In this document: positions 47,952 through 58,040 of the stretch, piece by piece
Layout of the letters: each line of letters starts with the position of its first letter
Numbering within the stretch: the stretch's first letter is position 1
Assembly: GCA_043803105.1 (NCBI GenBank)
Contig: JAZDKJ010000005.1
Location: 1 to 64,000 of the forward strand
DNA length: 64,000 nucleotides
Reading direction: 5' to 3'
From: Candidatus Woesearchaeota archaeon
Lineage (GTDB): Archaea; Nanobdellota; Nanobdellia; Woesearchaeales; JAZDKJ01
Notes under the pieces: model-generated
The model's database searches: none
The model's input: the letters and a program-made list of their open reading frames with translations, nothing else
What the model was told of the DNA's origin: nothing
Made by a program: the position numbers and the translations under genes

Positions 47952-48881
47952 ATGAAGCGATTTTTAGTGCTTACCTTGTTGTTGATTAGCGGATGCACTG
48001 GAGATGTTGTACATCAAACCCCTTTTGAAGCCACAAAAGAACCAAAGGTTTATTTCTGCCCTAAAGACAACTGTACTGCAAGATTGGTTGAGCTGATAGA
48101 ACAATTTGCATCAGCAGACTGTGCCTTATATAACCTGCAATCAAAGGAGATAATCGAGGCTTTAGGGAAGAAGCAAAGCAGATTAATCATTGATGATATT
48201 TATGCTAACAAGAAGCTCAATCTAAACTACATAAGTGATGATGGCAAACAGATAACACATAACAAATTCTGCGTCTTTGACGCAAGAACTGTATGGACAG
48301 GAAGCTTTAACCCAACAGAAGAGGTTGACAACAACAATGTGGTTGTAATCCAATCAAGGTATTTGGCTGCAAATTATGAGCAAGAGTTTGATGAGATGTG
48401 GAACAGGGTGTTCGGAGGAGGAAAGAAAACTGAAAACCCCATGATTGTAATAAACGGAAAGATGGTAGAGAATTATTTCTGCCCAGAGGATAGCTGCAAG
48501 GCGCATGTGCTAGAGAACCTTGCAAGAGCAAAAAGCAGCATACGCTTCATGGTTTTCTCGCTTACAGACAAGGAGATAGCACAGATGATTGTGGAAAAAT
48601 CAAGGAACGGATTAAGAGTGCAAGGAATCATGGAGAAGCAGCGCATCAATATGAAGTATGAGCAGTACAAATACCTGAACTCAAGCGGAGTAGAGGTAAA
48701 GCCCGACAAGAACAAGCACCTGATGCACAACAAGGTCTTTATAATAGACAATGAGACAGTCATAACAGGAAGCTACAACCCGACACAGTCAGGCAATGAA
48801 AGGAATGATGAAAACATACTGATAATACACGACAGGGAAATAGCGAAACAATATGTGGAGGAATTTGAAAGGCTTTGGTGA
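47952..48881 (+). CDS. Phospholipase D/nuclease family protein
   Basis: Two HxKxxxxD motifs (HNKFCVFD..TGSFN, HNKVFIID..TGSYN); lipobox-like ISGC. Confidence 0.9.
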   Translation: MKRFLVLTLLLISGCTGDVVHQTPFEATKEPKVYFCPKDNCTARLVELIEQFASADCALYNLQSKEIIEALGKKQSRLIIDDIYANKKLNLNYISDDGKQITHNKFCVFDARTVWTGSFNPTEEVDNNNVVVIQSRYLAANYEQEFDEMWNRVFGGGKKTENPMIVINGKMVENYFCPEDSCKAHVLENLARAKSSIRFMVFSLTDKEIAQMIVEKSRNGLRVQGIMEKQRINMKYEQYKYLNSSGVEVKPDKNKHLMHNKVFIIDNETVITGSYNPTQSGNERNDENILIIHDREIAKQYVEEFERLW

Positions 48882-48945
48882 GGGGCAGTGCAAAACTGAG
48901 CACAAAACAAATTATTTAAATACATTGAAGGTCTCCATCTATATA

Positions 48946-49467
48946 ATGAAATACATTATCACAGGAGGGCCTTGCACAGGAAAGACCACTATCATCAATG
49001 AGCTGAAGAAGCTCAAATTCAGCACAGTGCCTGAACTGGCAAGAAAGGTAATAACAAAAGAGCAGAAGAAGGGAAAAAAAGGGATATTGCCATGGACTGA
49101 CCTAAAAAGCTTTGAATTGATACTCATACAAGAGCAGGTAAGACATGAGAGCAAGACAAAGAAGATGCCAGTGTTCCTGGACAGAGGGTTGCCTGACATA
49201 ATCGCATACTCAAAGCTTGGCAAGGTGAACCTGCCAAAAGAGATATTCAGGCATATCAAGGAAGCAAAATACACAAAGGTATTTTTCCTCGAGCAGCTAA
49301 CCTTCTTCGAAAACGATGCGCAAAGGTTTGAGGCAAGCAAGAAAGAGGCAGACAAGGTGCATAAGACAATACACCAAACCTACAAGAGGCTTGGATATGA
49401 AATAGTGAGAATACCGCCAGTAAGCGTACAGGAACGAGTAAAGATAATTCTTGAACAATCAAGGTAG
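48946..49467 (+). CDS. AAA_28/NadR-type P-loop ATPase
   Basis: ITGGPCTGKTT, E.AR, LDRG.PD..AY. Confidence 0.85.
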   Translation: MKYIITGGPCTGKTTIINELKKLKFSTVPELARKVITKEQKKGKKGILPWTDLKSFELILIQEQVRHESKTKKMPVFLDRGLPDIIAYSKLGKVNLPKEIFRHIKEAKYTKVFFLEQLTFFENDAQRFEASKKEADKVHKTIHQTYKRLGYEIVRIPPVSVQERVKIILEQSR

Positions 49468-49508
49468 AGTTCAAAAAGTATTTATATGATTGAAAAAAAG
49501 AGCAACAT

Positions 49509-51050
49509 GTGGCAGAGGAATCAAAAAAAGGAAGGTATGAGGCCAAGCTCTACCAAAAACTGTCAAGGCCTGAAGACAAGAAACAGGTAGCAATAAAGGA
49601 AATAAGCAGGGTATTGAATGACATAGAAGAATCAAACAAGACAAGAAAAATAATCTACTTCTCAAACATCTGCAAGAAAAACATCTTCGATAGCCTTGGA
49701 AAAAAAGTCGGAAGGCTAAACGACCTGGCAATATCTGGCGGGGAGAGGTTCCCTGAGGTATCGCACATACAGCTTGAGAAAGACAAGACTTTGATAAAAT
49801 GGCAAGAAGTGAAAGAGTTTGAGCATGTAATAAGGCTTGAGAAACCATACGAGAAGACAGAAAAAAGAGCAACCAGCACTGAAGACATACTGTTGAACGA
49901 GCATATACTTGACAAGCAGGTTGTTGACGTAAACGGGCTAAAAGTAATCAGGGTAAATGACCTTGCGCTAACCTACATAAAGCAAAAGCTGGCTGTGGTG
50001 AGCATTGACATAGGCACAAGGTCAATATTCAGAAGACTAGGATTTGAAAGACTGGGGGAAATGCTACATGCAACAGACCACCCTATTCCTTGGGACACCA
50101 TAGAGCCGTTAACAAGCTCTCTAGAGAAGGTGCATCTGAAAATACCTTGTCCAAGAGTTGCGGACCTGCACCCAGCTGATGTCGCAGAATTGTTTGATGA
50201 GCTAAGCCACAGGGAAAGAAGAACACTACTTAGGTCGATGAAAAGCGAGACAGCAGCAAGAGTGCTACTGGAGTGCGAGCCAGGGGTGCAGCAATCAATA
50301 CTGAAAGGGCTAACCTCAAGAAGGATTGCATCCATTGCAGAGAAAATGCCTGCAAACGATGCAGCAAACCTCTTAAGCGAGCATGACAGGCTTAACAGGA
50401 TACTTCGGGCAATGAACAAGGCTTTGGCAATAGAACTGCAAAAGGCACTTTCGTACAAGCCAGGAACTGCCGCAAGGTACATGGACCATTGCATCAGCGT
50501 AAGACAGGATACAACAATAAGGAACACAATCGAGGAGATAAGGCAGAAACAGGAGCACCCGGACAACTTCTATTATGTATATGTCACAGACGAAGAGGGA
50601 GCACTCACCGGGGTAATCTCGCTAAAACACCTGATACTTGCAGACCCTGAGGCAAAGGCTGAAGACATAATGGTGATAAAGCCTTACAGCGTAGAGCTCA
50701 GCGAACCCTTAGAACTTGCCACAGAGCTATTGACAAAATATGACCTCATGGCAATACCGGTTGTTGATATTTCTGGCAGGCTGCAGGGAATGATAAACAT
50801 TGAAGCAGTGCTGGATGTGGCAATAGAAAGGACAAAGGCAAAAGAGCCTTTCGAACTAACAGAAGAGCAGAAAATCCAGTACAATAAGAGGTTCAAGAAT
50901 TATTACCTGGCGCTTGTCAGAGACGTAGGACAATTCCTAAGGGACCTTGAGCCATTGAAACTAAGGAGAAAAAATGGTGAAAATAGACAGGACCCAGATC
51001 ATGCTAATTCTGAGCATAATCGGGCCTGGAATAATAACAGCAAACGTTGA
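49509..51050 (+). CDS. MgtE N-terminal/CBS-domain protein with PRC-barrel-like region, no TM domain
   Basis: ILDKQVVDVNG.KV.RVND, LHPADVAE, YVYVTD..G.L.GVISL, YDL.AIPVVD. Confidence 0.85.
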   Translation: MAEESKKGRYEAKLYQKLSRPEDKKQVAIKEISRVLNDIEESNKTRKIIYFSNICKKNIFDSLGKKVGRLNDLAISGGERFPEVSHIQLEKDKTLIKWQEVKEFEHVIRLEKPYEKTEKRATSTEDILLNEHILDKQVVDVNGLKVIRVNDLALTYIKQKLAVVSIDIGTRSIFRRLGFERLGEMLHATDHPIPWDTIEPLTSSLEKVHLKIPCPRVADLHPADVAELFDELSHRERRTLLRSMKSETAARVLLECEPGVQQSILKGLTSRRIASIAEKMPANDAANLLSEHDRLNRILRAMNKALAIELQKALSYKPGTAARYMDHCISVRQDTTIRNTIEEIRQKQEHPDNFYYVYVTDEEGALTGVISLKHLILADPEAKAEDIMVIKPYSVELSEPLELATELLTKYDLMAIPVVDISGRLQGMINIEAVLDVAIERTKAKEPFELTEEQKIQYNKRFKNYYLALVRDVGQFLRDLEPLKLRRKNGENRQDPDHANSEHNRAWNNNSKR

Positions 51051-52209
51051 CAATGACGTGGGCGGAATAGCCACTTACTCGCTGGCAGGCTCGAATTTTG
51101 GATATATGCTCCTGTGGAGCCTGGTGCCGATAACAATACTTCTCATAATAGTGCAGGAGATGTCTGCAAGGATGGGGGCTGTGACAGGCAAAGGCCTTGC
51201 GGACCTCATAAGAGAGAATTTCGGGCTGAAAATAACCTTCTATATAATGATTGTATTAATATTCGTAAACCTGGCAAACACACTATCAGAATTCGCAGGA
51301 GTGGCAGCAGCAGGAGAAATATTCGGGTTAAGCAGAGTGATAGCTGTGCCAGTTGTGGCAATAGGAATATGGCTGCTTGTGGTAAAGGGAAGCTACAAGT
51401 CAGTCGAAAAAGTCTTCTTAGTTGCGTGCCTTTTCTATCTCTCATACATAATCTCAGGAATACTGGCTAAACCAGACTGGGCAAGTGTGGCAACCAATAC
51501 AATAGTGCCTAGCTTTCAGTTCAACACACCTTACGTGATGATGCTCATCGGGCTGATAGGAACAACAATAGCTCCATGGATGCAGTTCTACCTGCAATCA
51601 TCAATAGTTGAGAAGGGCATAAGAAAAGAAGACTACAAATACTCAAGAATAGACGTGATAACAGGATGCATAATAACTGATGTGGTTGCGCTTTTCATTG
51701 TGGTGGCGACAGCAGCAACAATCTTTCATGCTGGCGGGAGCATAAACAGCGCAGCAGATGCAGCAATAGCGTTAAAGCCACTTGCAGGAAAATGGGCAAG
51801 CTATCTATTTGCATTTGGTTTACTTAACGCAGGCATATTTGCAGCATCAATCCTGCCCATATCGACAGCATACTCTGTATGCGAGGGAATGGGCTGGGAA
51901 TCAGGAGTGAACAAGAGTTTCTCTGAAGCAAAGGCATTCTACGTGTTATACACAGCAATGATAGCTATAGGAGCAGGAATAATCATGATTCCTGGGCTTT
52001 CGCTAGTAAAAATAATGTATTATTCCCAAGTGCTCAACGGAATACTTATCCCAGTGATACTAATATGCATGCTAAGGCTTGTAAATAAGACAGAGCTGAT
52101 GCATGACTACAAAAACTCCATGGCACTGAACATAATCACCTGGACGGGTGCGATACTTATAATAGGGGTAACTGTGCTAATGTTTGGACTCAGCCTATTT
52201 ACTGGTTAG
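50974..52209 (+). CDS. NRAMP family divalent metal transporter
   Basis: GPGIITANVDNDVGGIATY, QEM.AR.G.VTGKG, GTTIAPW. Confidence 0.9.
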   Translation: MVKIDRTQIMLILSIIGPGIITANVDNDVGGIATYSLAGSNFGYMLLWSLVPITILLIIVQEMSARMGAVTGKGLADLIRENFGLKITFYIMIVLIFVNLANTLSEFAGVAAAGEIFGLSRVIAVPVVAIGIWLLVVKGSYKSVEKVFLVACLFYLSYIISGILAKPDWASVATNTIVPSFQFNTPYVMMLIGLIGTTIAPWMQFYLQSSIVEKGIRKEDYKYSRIDVITGCIITDVVALFIVVATAATIFHAGGSINSAADAAIALKPLAGKWASYLFAFGLLNAGIFAASILPISTAYSVCEGMGWESGVNKSFSEAKAFYVLYTAMIAIGAGIIMIPGLSLVKIMYYSQVLNGILIPVILICMLRLVNKTELMHDYKNSMALNIITWTGAILIIGVTVLMFGLSLFTG

Positions 52210-52216
52210 AATAAAA

Positions 52217-52837
52217 ATGGGAAACTTTATCGATGCAATCAAGAGGCCTTTCACAGAAGTTGGAAAGCTGGCAATCGGAACACTATTGCTAATAATACCC
52301 TTTGTGAACATGGTTAGCGGAGTATTCGCCTACGGTTATATCCTAAGGTGCGCAAGAACCAAACAAGGGCTTCCTGCATGGGACAATTGGGAAGAGCTGT
52401 TCGTTGACGGCGTAATCTTGCCAGTGATCATACTTATCTATGCAATTCCTTTTGTGGGCGTTTTGCTGTTCACAGGGTTTGAGGCATTGAAGAGCGTGCT
52501 AACCGGGGAAACAGCGGGGCTCGGAAAAAGCCTTGTAATATTAGCAGGTGTAGCTCTATTGACTGCATACATCATTCCATCTGCATTGCTAAGCTATTCC
52601 AAGAATAGAAGATACTGGGAGAGTTTTGGTCCAAGGGTTTTCATAAACGCAATAAGAGCTGATTACCTTAAAGCATGGATGGCTGCGGCACTGTATGCAA
52701 GCATTGCAGGAATAATCGCGAGTTTAGCTATATTCTGGAGCTGGTCAACATTTATCCTGCCCATGTTCCTTGGCAGCTTTGCAGCAGTAGCTATAGGCAT
52801 AAGTGCTATAACAATGGTATCAGAAGGATTTCAATAA
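52217..52837 (+). CDS. DUF4013-type membrane protein
   Basis: AIKRPF, GY..R, LPAWDNW.ELF.DG. Confidence 0.75.
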   Translation: MGNFIDAIKRPFTEVGKLAIGTLLLIIPFVNMVSGVFAYGYILRCARTKQGLPAWDNWEELFVDGVILPVIILIYAIPFVGVLLFTGFEALKSVLTGETAGLGKSLVILAGVALLTAYIIPSALLSYSKNRRYWESFGPRVFINAIRADYLKAWMAAALYASIAGIIASLAIFWSWSTFILPMFLGSFAAVAIGISAITMVSEGFQ

Positions 52838-53496
52838 AATTCTACTTCCCCTTTCAGGTAAACACCTTGATGAAGCTTGACAGGCCTCCATGAATCGAAA
52901 ACAAGATTTGCCTTAAGCCAATCAGCAAGCTCCTTGGGGTTTCCGATTGTGGCAGACAAACCGATAAGCTGCATATCAGGCAAGAGCTGCCTTAACATTG
53001 TAATCAGTATCTCAAGAGTAGGGCCTCGGTCAACATCATTCAGCAGATGGATCTCATCAACGACAACCAGAGAGACCATAGAGAGCCAGGGTGAGCGATG
53101 CCTCATCAGGGAATCAAGCTTTTCAGCAGTGCAGATAATCAGGTCATAATCAGCAAGATAACTGTCAACAGAATCGATGTCGCCAATGGAAAGGGCAACC
53201 CTGAATAGATGGCCATACTTTTGCTTGAACTCCTTAAACTTCTCATTAGCAAGCGCTTTCAAGGGAACAATATAGACTGCCTTTGCCTTGCGTTCAAGAA
53301 TAGCCTGTGAAAAAGCAAGCTCTGCAACAAGGGTCTTTCCAGAGGCAGTGGGAGTACAGACAAGTTGGCTCTTTCTGTCAAGCAAGCCGTTTTCTATCGC
53401 CTTGGCCTGAGCTGGCCTCAAGTCTGCAATACCCTGGCTTAACAGGACATCGAAAAATTCCTTTGGAATCCTGCCCTTTATATCGTCCAGTTTCAT
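52831..53496 (-). CDS. Hel308/Ski2-like DEAD/DEAH helicase, N-terminal RecA domain only
   Basis: Q motif LRPAQ, PTASGKT, VPLKALANEK, TAEK.D, DEIH, RGPTLE, LSAT, WRPV.L; stop immediately after. Confidence 0.85.
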   Translation of the reverse strand: MKLDDIKGRIPKEFFDVLLSQGIADLRPAQAKAIENGLLDRKSQLVCTPTASGKTLVAELAFSQAILERKAKAVYIVPLKALANEKFKEFKQKYGHLFRVALSIGDIDSVDSYLADYDLIICTAEKLDSLMRHRSPWLSMVSLVVVDEIHLLNDVDRGPTLEILITMLRQLLPDMQLIGLSATIGNPKELADWLKANLVFDSWRPVKLHQGVYLKGEVEFY

Positions 53497-53514
53497 GAAC
53501 CAACAGAAGAGCAA

Positions 53515-54198
53515 CTATCTTAAAAAACTTGCGTAGAAAGACAGGGCCTTGGAGATATCGTCCTTTGCAAAGTCAGTCCATGGCTTGCCAGAAAAATAGA
53601 CTGTAGAACTGGCAGAATCCCACAAAAAAATGCCTCTTGTGCAGTTCTGGCGCCCGGTCTTTATTATCAAATCTGGAGGAATAAAATAAGAGGAATAAAG
53701 GTTCTCCTTGACATGCTCTTTACCAATGGCAGAGGGATCGAGCTTGCCCTGCTTAACAAGCCTCGCAATCACTTGGGCAGAGGCCACAATCTCCCCCTGG
53801 CCATCATAATTGACGCAGAAATTAAGGAAATGCCTGTCATAATCGCGTGTAAGATCAAGCACTGCCTTTATTGGGTCAACTACTCGACCGGGGAGATCAT
53901 ACCATTTGCCTATAACAGAGACCTTCACCTGGTTCTTGGTTATGTAGTCCCAGCTAGAAAGCACCTTGAAGAACTGGCTCAAGCCGTCCATGGCCTGCGA
54001 AAACTCTGCAGTTTGCTTGGAGGGCTCTGGCAGAAGAAGAAAACTCACGACAGGAATCTTTTGCTTAAAGCAAAACATTGCAATCTTGCCGACAAGTGCA
54101 TAATCGCGCTTGACTTCATCAGATGAATCTTCGCAAACAATCGCAATGTGCTTTGGCAAGGGTGATGTCCTGAGGAGATTCTTCAAATCCATAAGCAT
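53515..54198 (-). CDS. cis-prenyltransferase (UppS) family protein, degenerate active site
   Basis: PKHIAI, NYDGQ.EI, PDLII.TG, FLW; lacks the DGNRR P-loop. Confidence 0.75.
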   Translation of the reverse strand: MLMDLKNLLRTSPLPKHIAIVCEDSSDEVKRDYALVGKIAMFCFKQKIPVVSFLLLPEPSKQTAEFSQAMDGLSQFFKVLSSWDYITKNQVKVSVIGKWYDLPGRVVDPIKAVLDLTRDYDRHFLNFCVNYDGQGEIVASAQVIARLVKQGKLDPSAIGKEHVKENLYSSYFIPPDLIIKTGRQNCTRGIFLWDSASSTVYFSGKPWTDFAKDDISKALSFYASFLR

Positions 54199-54242
54199 GG
54201 TTAATGGAAAAATCTTTAAAAGCTTTGTCGTTACGAAAGAGA

Positions 54243-55088
54243 ATGATAGCAATTATCGCGATTCTTGCGCTAGCCATCGCTTCTTATACAGACCTAAAAA
54301 CAAGAGAGGTACCTGACTGGCTAAGCTTCTCGCTCATAGCGGCAGCGAGCGGTTTACGGATAATCATATCAATCATCAGCTGGGACCTTACACCAATAAT
54401 TGATGGATTTTTTGGAGCACTATTGGGCATTATCCTTGCCTACATGATGTTTTACTCAGGACAATGGGGAGGGGGAGATAGCAAGATGCTCATTGGGCTT
54501 GGAGCGCTGATAGGACTTCAGTTCAGGGCCACAAGCACGCTCGTCGGCTTCCTAGTCAACCTCTTGTTCATTGGCGCATCATATGGACTTTTGTGGAGCA
54601 TAGGGCTTGCAATAAAGAACAGAAAAGAGTTCAAGAAGCAGGCAAAAAACTATACTGATAGCAGCTTTTTCAAGAGAATGCGAATAGTGACTGTGATAAC
54701 TGTAGCGATGTGCATGTTTGGGGCGCTGTTTTCTGCAGACAGGATAGTAAGATTAATACTAATAGTGTTCGCAGGATTCCTCTTCATCATGCTTTACCTG
54801 TGGATGTTCGTCAAGGTAGTGGAAGGGGCATGCATGCTAAAATGGATAGAGCCAAACAAACTCACAGAAGGGGACTGGATAGCAAAGCCAGTGTTTTCTA
54901 AAAACAAATACTTGTGCGGGCCAAAGGACCTTGGAATAACGAAAAAACAAATCGCAGAATTGCAGAAGAACAAGAAAATCAAGAAGGTGCTGATAAAGGA
55001 AGGAATACCGTTTGTGCCAAGCTTCCTATTGGCTTACATATTCACAATCTGGCTGGGCAACATCGCCCTCCTAATGCTTGGAGCCTAG
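54243..55088 (+). CDS. A24 prepilin/preflagellin peptidase
   Basis: DLKTREVPD, GGGDSK, EGDW, IPFVP. Confidence 0.9.
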   Translation: MIAIIAILALAIASYTDLKTREVPDWLSFSLIAAASGLRIIISIISWDLTPIIDGFFGALLGIILAYMMFYSGQWGGGDSKMLIGLGALIGLQFRATSTLVGFLVNLLFIGASYGLLWSIGLAIKNRKEFKKQAKNYTDSSFFKRMRIVTVITVAMCMFGALFSADRIVRLILIVFAGFLFIMLYLWMFVKVVEGACMLKWIEPNKLTEGDWIAKPVFSKNKYLCGPKDLGITKKQIAELQKNKKIKKVLIKEGIPFVPSFLLAYIFTIWLGNIALLMLGA

Positions 55089-55945
55089 AAATGCATATTC
55101 TTCAATCTCGCTACCCTGGCATCAATCGACGGGTGAGTTGAGAACATGGATGCAACACCCTTTGCAGTAAAAGGATTTGCAATGAACAAGTGAGCAGTTG
55201 ATTCTGTTGCGCCAAATGCGCGCAAGGGCTTATTCTTGATATCAGAATCAAGCTTCTGCAATGCTGAAGCCAAAGGCAATCCGGTGTGCAGGGTTCTTGC
55301 AGCAGACTCATCAGCCTGGTATTCCCTGGAGCGGGAGATTGCAAGCTGAATAATCATCGCAATGATGGGTGCAACTATAGCCAACACAAGGAGTTCAATA
55401 AGATTATTACCTTGACGATCATTATTGCCTCCAAGACCTCCAAAAATGGCGCCAAACCTTGCCATCGCGGCCACGTAGGAAATGACTCCTGCAATAGTTG
55501 CAGCTATTGTGGAAATCAGAATGTCGCGGTTCTTCACATGAGAAATCTCGTGGGCAACCACACCGCGGAGCTCTTCAGTGGAAAGCAGGCGAATAATACC
55601 TTGAGTGAAGGCAATGGATGCATGACTTGGGCTCCTGCCTGTAGCAAAGGCATTTGAGTGCTCTGTCGGTATTATGTAGACCTTGGGCATCGGAATGCCT
55701 GCCCTATTGGCAACGTCACGAACAATCTTGTATAGCTCTGGCTGCTCCCTTTCAGTCACTGGCTGTGCCTTATAAATCCGCAAAACTATCTTGTCAGAGA
55801 ACCAGTAGATTCCGAAGTTCAAAAGAAGCGCAATAACAAAGGCGATTGTAAGGCCAGAAGTGCCGCCGATGAAATAACCTATCCCTAAGGCTATAACAGT
55901 CAGAATAGTAAGGAAGAAGACTGTCTTCAATTGGTTAAAGGCCAT
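55085..55945 (-). CDS. htpX: Zinc metalloprotease HtpX
   Basis: NAFATGR, HEISH, SRSREY.AD, STHP. Confidence 0.92.
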   Translation of the reverse strand: MAFNQLKTVFFLTILTVIALGIGYFIGGTSGLTIAFVIALLLNFGIYWFSDKIVLRIYKAQPVTEREQPELYKIVRDVANRAGIPMPKVYIIPTEHSNAFATGRSPSHASIAFTQGIIRLLSTEELRGVVAHEISHVKNRDILISTIAATIAGVISYVAAMARFGAIFGGLGGNNDRQGNNLIELLVLAIVAPIIAMIIQLAISRSREYQADESAARTLHTGLPLASALQKLDSDIKNKPLRAFGATESTAHLFIANPFTAKGVASMFSTHPSIDARVARLKNMHF

Positions 55946-56182
55946 GGTGTTTGAGAAAATGTTCTTGCTTATAAAAATTATGCTTAAGGATTAAGCTGAA
56001 GGCTATGGAATTTCGGTCCGATGCTCAAAATCTTAGCTTCTTAAAGGAGATTTTCCTGTTTTCTGACAGAGGGCTTTTTTAAGCAGGTCTTCCACAAAGA
56101 AACTGAATTGAAAACCTTATCAAGCGGCATTTGTGCGGAAGAGAAACAGTTAAATAGTAGTAAGTTATACCTTACTAATAGC

Positions 56183-56449
56183 ATGGAATTCGCCATAGCA
56201 AAGATCAGCACAAAGGGCCAAATCGTAATACCAAGCGGGCTTCGGAACAGCATCAGCAAGGGAGACGAGTTTCTGATGGTCAAGGAGCGCGACAAGATAA
56301 TCCTCAAGAGTGTTAAGGGACTGGCAACTGACCTGGTGGAAGACTTCAAGTTTGCAGAAAAGGTTGAAAAAGCCTGGACAGATCACGACAAAGGAAAGTT
56401 CAAGAGACGTTCCAAAGATGATTTTCTTGAAGAGCTAAGGGCATGCTAA
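56183..56449 (+). CDS. AbrB/MazE family antitoxin
   Basis: ISTKGQIVIP..LR, GD; overlaps the toxin gene. Confidence 0.85.
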   Translation: MEFAIAKISTKGQIVIPSGLRNSISKGDEFLMVKERDKIILKSVKGLATDLVEDFKFAEKVEKAWTDHDKGKFKRRSKDDFLEELRAC

Positions 56450-56691
56450 CAATTGAGCACAGCAAGAACTTCTTGAAGGCAGTCTGCAAGATCAAGAACT
56501 CGGCCTTGAAAGACAAGGTCAAGAAGCAGATTGAAAAGGTGTCAAAGAATCCTGAGATAGGCAAGCCGATGAAATACTCAAGGAAGGGCACCCGGGAGCT
56601 ATATATCGGTGCGTTTCGCCTGGCCTATGCTTATATTGAGAAGGATGCCACCTTGGTATTTTTGGAACTTTACCACAAGGACGAGCAATAG
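56443..56691 (+). CDS. RelE/ParE family toxin
   Basis: NPEIGKPM, RE..IG.FRL.Y, YHKD. Confidence 0.85.
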   Translation: MLTIEHSKNFLKAVCKIKNSALKDKVKKQIEKVSKNPEIGKPMKYSRKGTRELYIGAFRLAYAYIEKDATLVFLELYHKDEQ

Positions 56692-56722
56692 CTTTATAAA
56701 AAGTACTTATCTTGCATAATTC

Positions 56723-57375
56723 ATGAAATTCGGCGCAATATTTGACTTTGATGGTTTATAGTTTACACAATTGAGATTGTCTGGCAGTCCTTTAACGAGG
56801 TCTTGAAGCCTTATGGAATCCATTTCGGGGAAAAAGATATAAGAAAGTACCTAGGCTACTCTTTAAGGGATCAATTAAGAGTATGGAAACAAAAGTATGG
56901 TATTGAGCTTGACTTTGCAGAATTTGCCAATAAATCTGGAAGAATACAGTACAAGCTGATTAAAGAGCAGGTAAGGGTTGAAAGCGGGCTAACAAGACTT
57001 CTTGATGACCTAAAAAGGAACAGGGCGCCAATAGAAATTGCCACAAACTGGACCAGGGAAAGCACAGAGAAAATACTTGACATACTCAAGATTCATGACT
57101 ATTTTCTAAACATAGTAACTGCCTATGAAGTGCCTAGGCACAAACCGTATCCTGATATTTACCGTACAGCAAGTAAGAAGATTGATATGAAACCTGCCAG
57201 TTGCATAGTGTTCGAGGATTCTGCAGACGGAGTAAGGGCAGCAAAGGCAGCAGGCATGAAGTGCATCGGGAAACTTCATAAATACAATAGCGCAAGGGGG
57301 TTGCATGAAGCGGACTTACTGATTAGCAGCTTTTCGGAAGTGAATTATGACAAGCTAGCTGAGATGGCCAAATAA
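56723..57375 (+). pseudogene. HAD family phosphatase, frameshifted near 56756
   Basis: ATG 56723 reads MKFGAIFDFDGL* (motif I). The remainder (IVYTIE...KPYPD...FEDS..GV.AA..AGM) is in another frame. Confidence 0.75.
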
Positions 57376-57481
57376 GTATAGGAATCCTCCATAATTATCT
57401 TACGAAAGATATTTAAGCAGACATCATTTATTCAACACAAAATATAATAAGACAATATAACAAAAACATGAGGGGTGCAAC

Positions 57482-58039
57482 ATGGTAAACTTGCTTTTGT
57501 GGATACCAATAGGAATAGTTGGCATAATTCTGCTGTGGCTTATCTTCGCATACAACAGGCTGATAATCCTTAGGACAAGGATTGACAATGCATGGTCGCA
57601 GATAGACGTGCAGCTCAAGAGAAGGTATGATCTGATACCAAACCTAATTGAGACAGTAAAGGGATATGCAAAACATGAGAAGGGTGTTTTTGAGGCAGTC
57701 ACAAAGGCAAGAACTGCATTCATGAAAGCAGGAAGCCTTGCAGAAAAGGCAAAGGCTTCGAACCAGATAACGAGCGCATTAAAGTCATTGTTTGCGGTTG
57801 CGGAAAGCTATCCAACACTAAAGGCAAACGAGAACTTCATGCAGTTGCAAGAGGAGCTTTCTGGCACAGAATCAAAAATAGCGTACTCAAGGCAGTTCTA
57901 CAACGACAATGTGATGAGCTTCAACCAGTCGATAATGACATTCCCGACAAACTTGATAGCAAACATGTTCAAGTTCGTGCAAAGGGAGTACTTCAAGACA
58001 GCGGAAGGGGAAAAGAAGCCAGTCAAAGTAAAATTCTAA
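57482..58039 (+). CDS. lemA: LemA family protein
   Basis: YN.L, IDVQLKRR.DLIPNL, AE.YP.LKA, R.FYN..V, FP.N. Confidence 0.93.
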   Translation: MVNLLLWIPIGIVGIILLWLIFAYNRLIILRTRIDNAWSQIDVQLKRRYDLIPNLIETVKGYAKHEKGVFEAVTKARTAFMKAGSLAEKAKASNQITSALKSLFAVAESYPTLKANENFMQLQEELSGTESKIAYSRQFYNDNVMSFNQSIMTFPTNLIANMFKFVQREYFKTAEGEKKPVKVKF

Positions 58040-58040
58040 G

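Noticed and set aside
56756-56762. Stop-codon readthrough or recoding at the TAG in the HAD gene
   Set aside because: The continuation is in a different frame, and all three stop codons terminate other genes normally.
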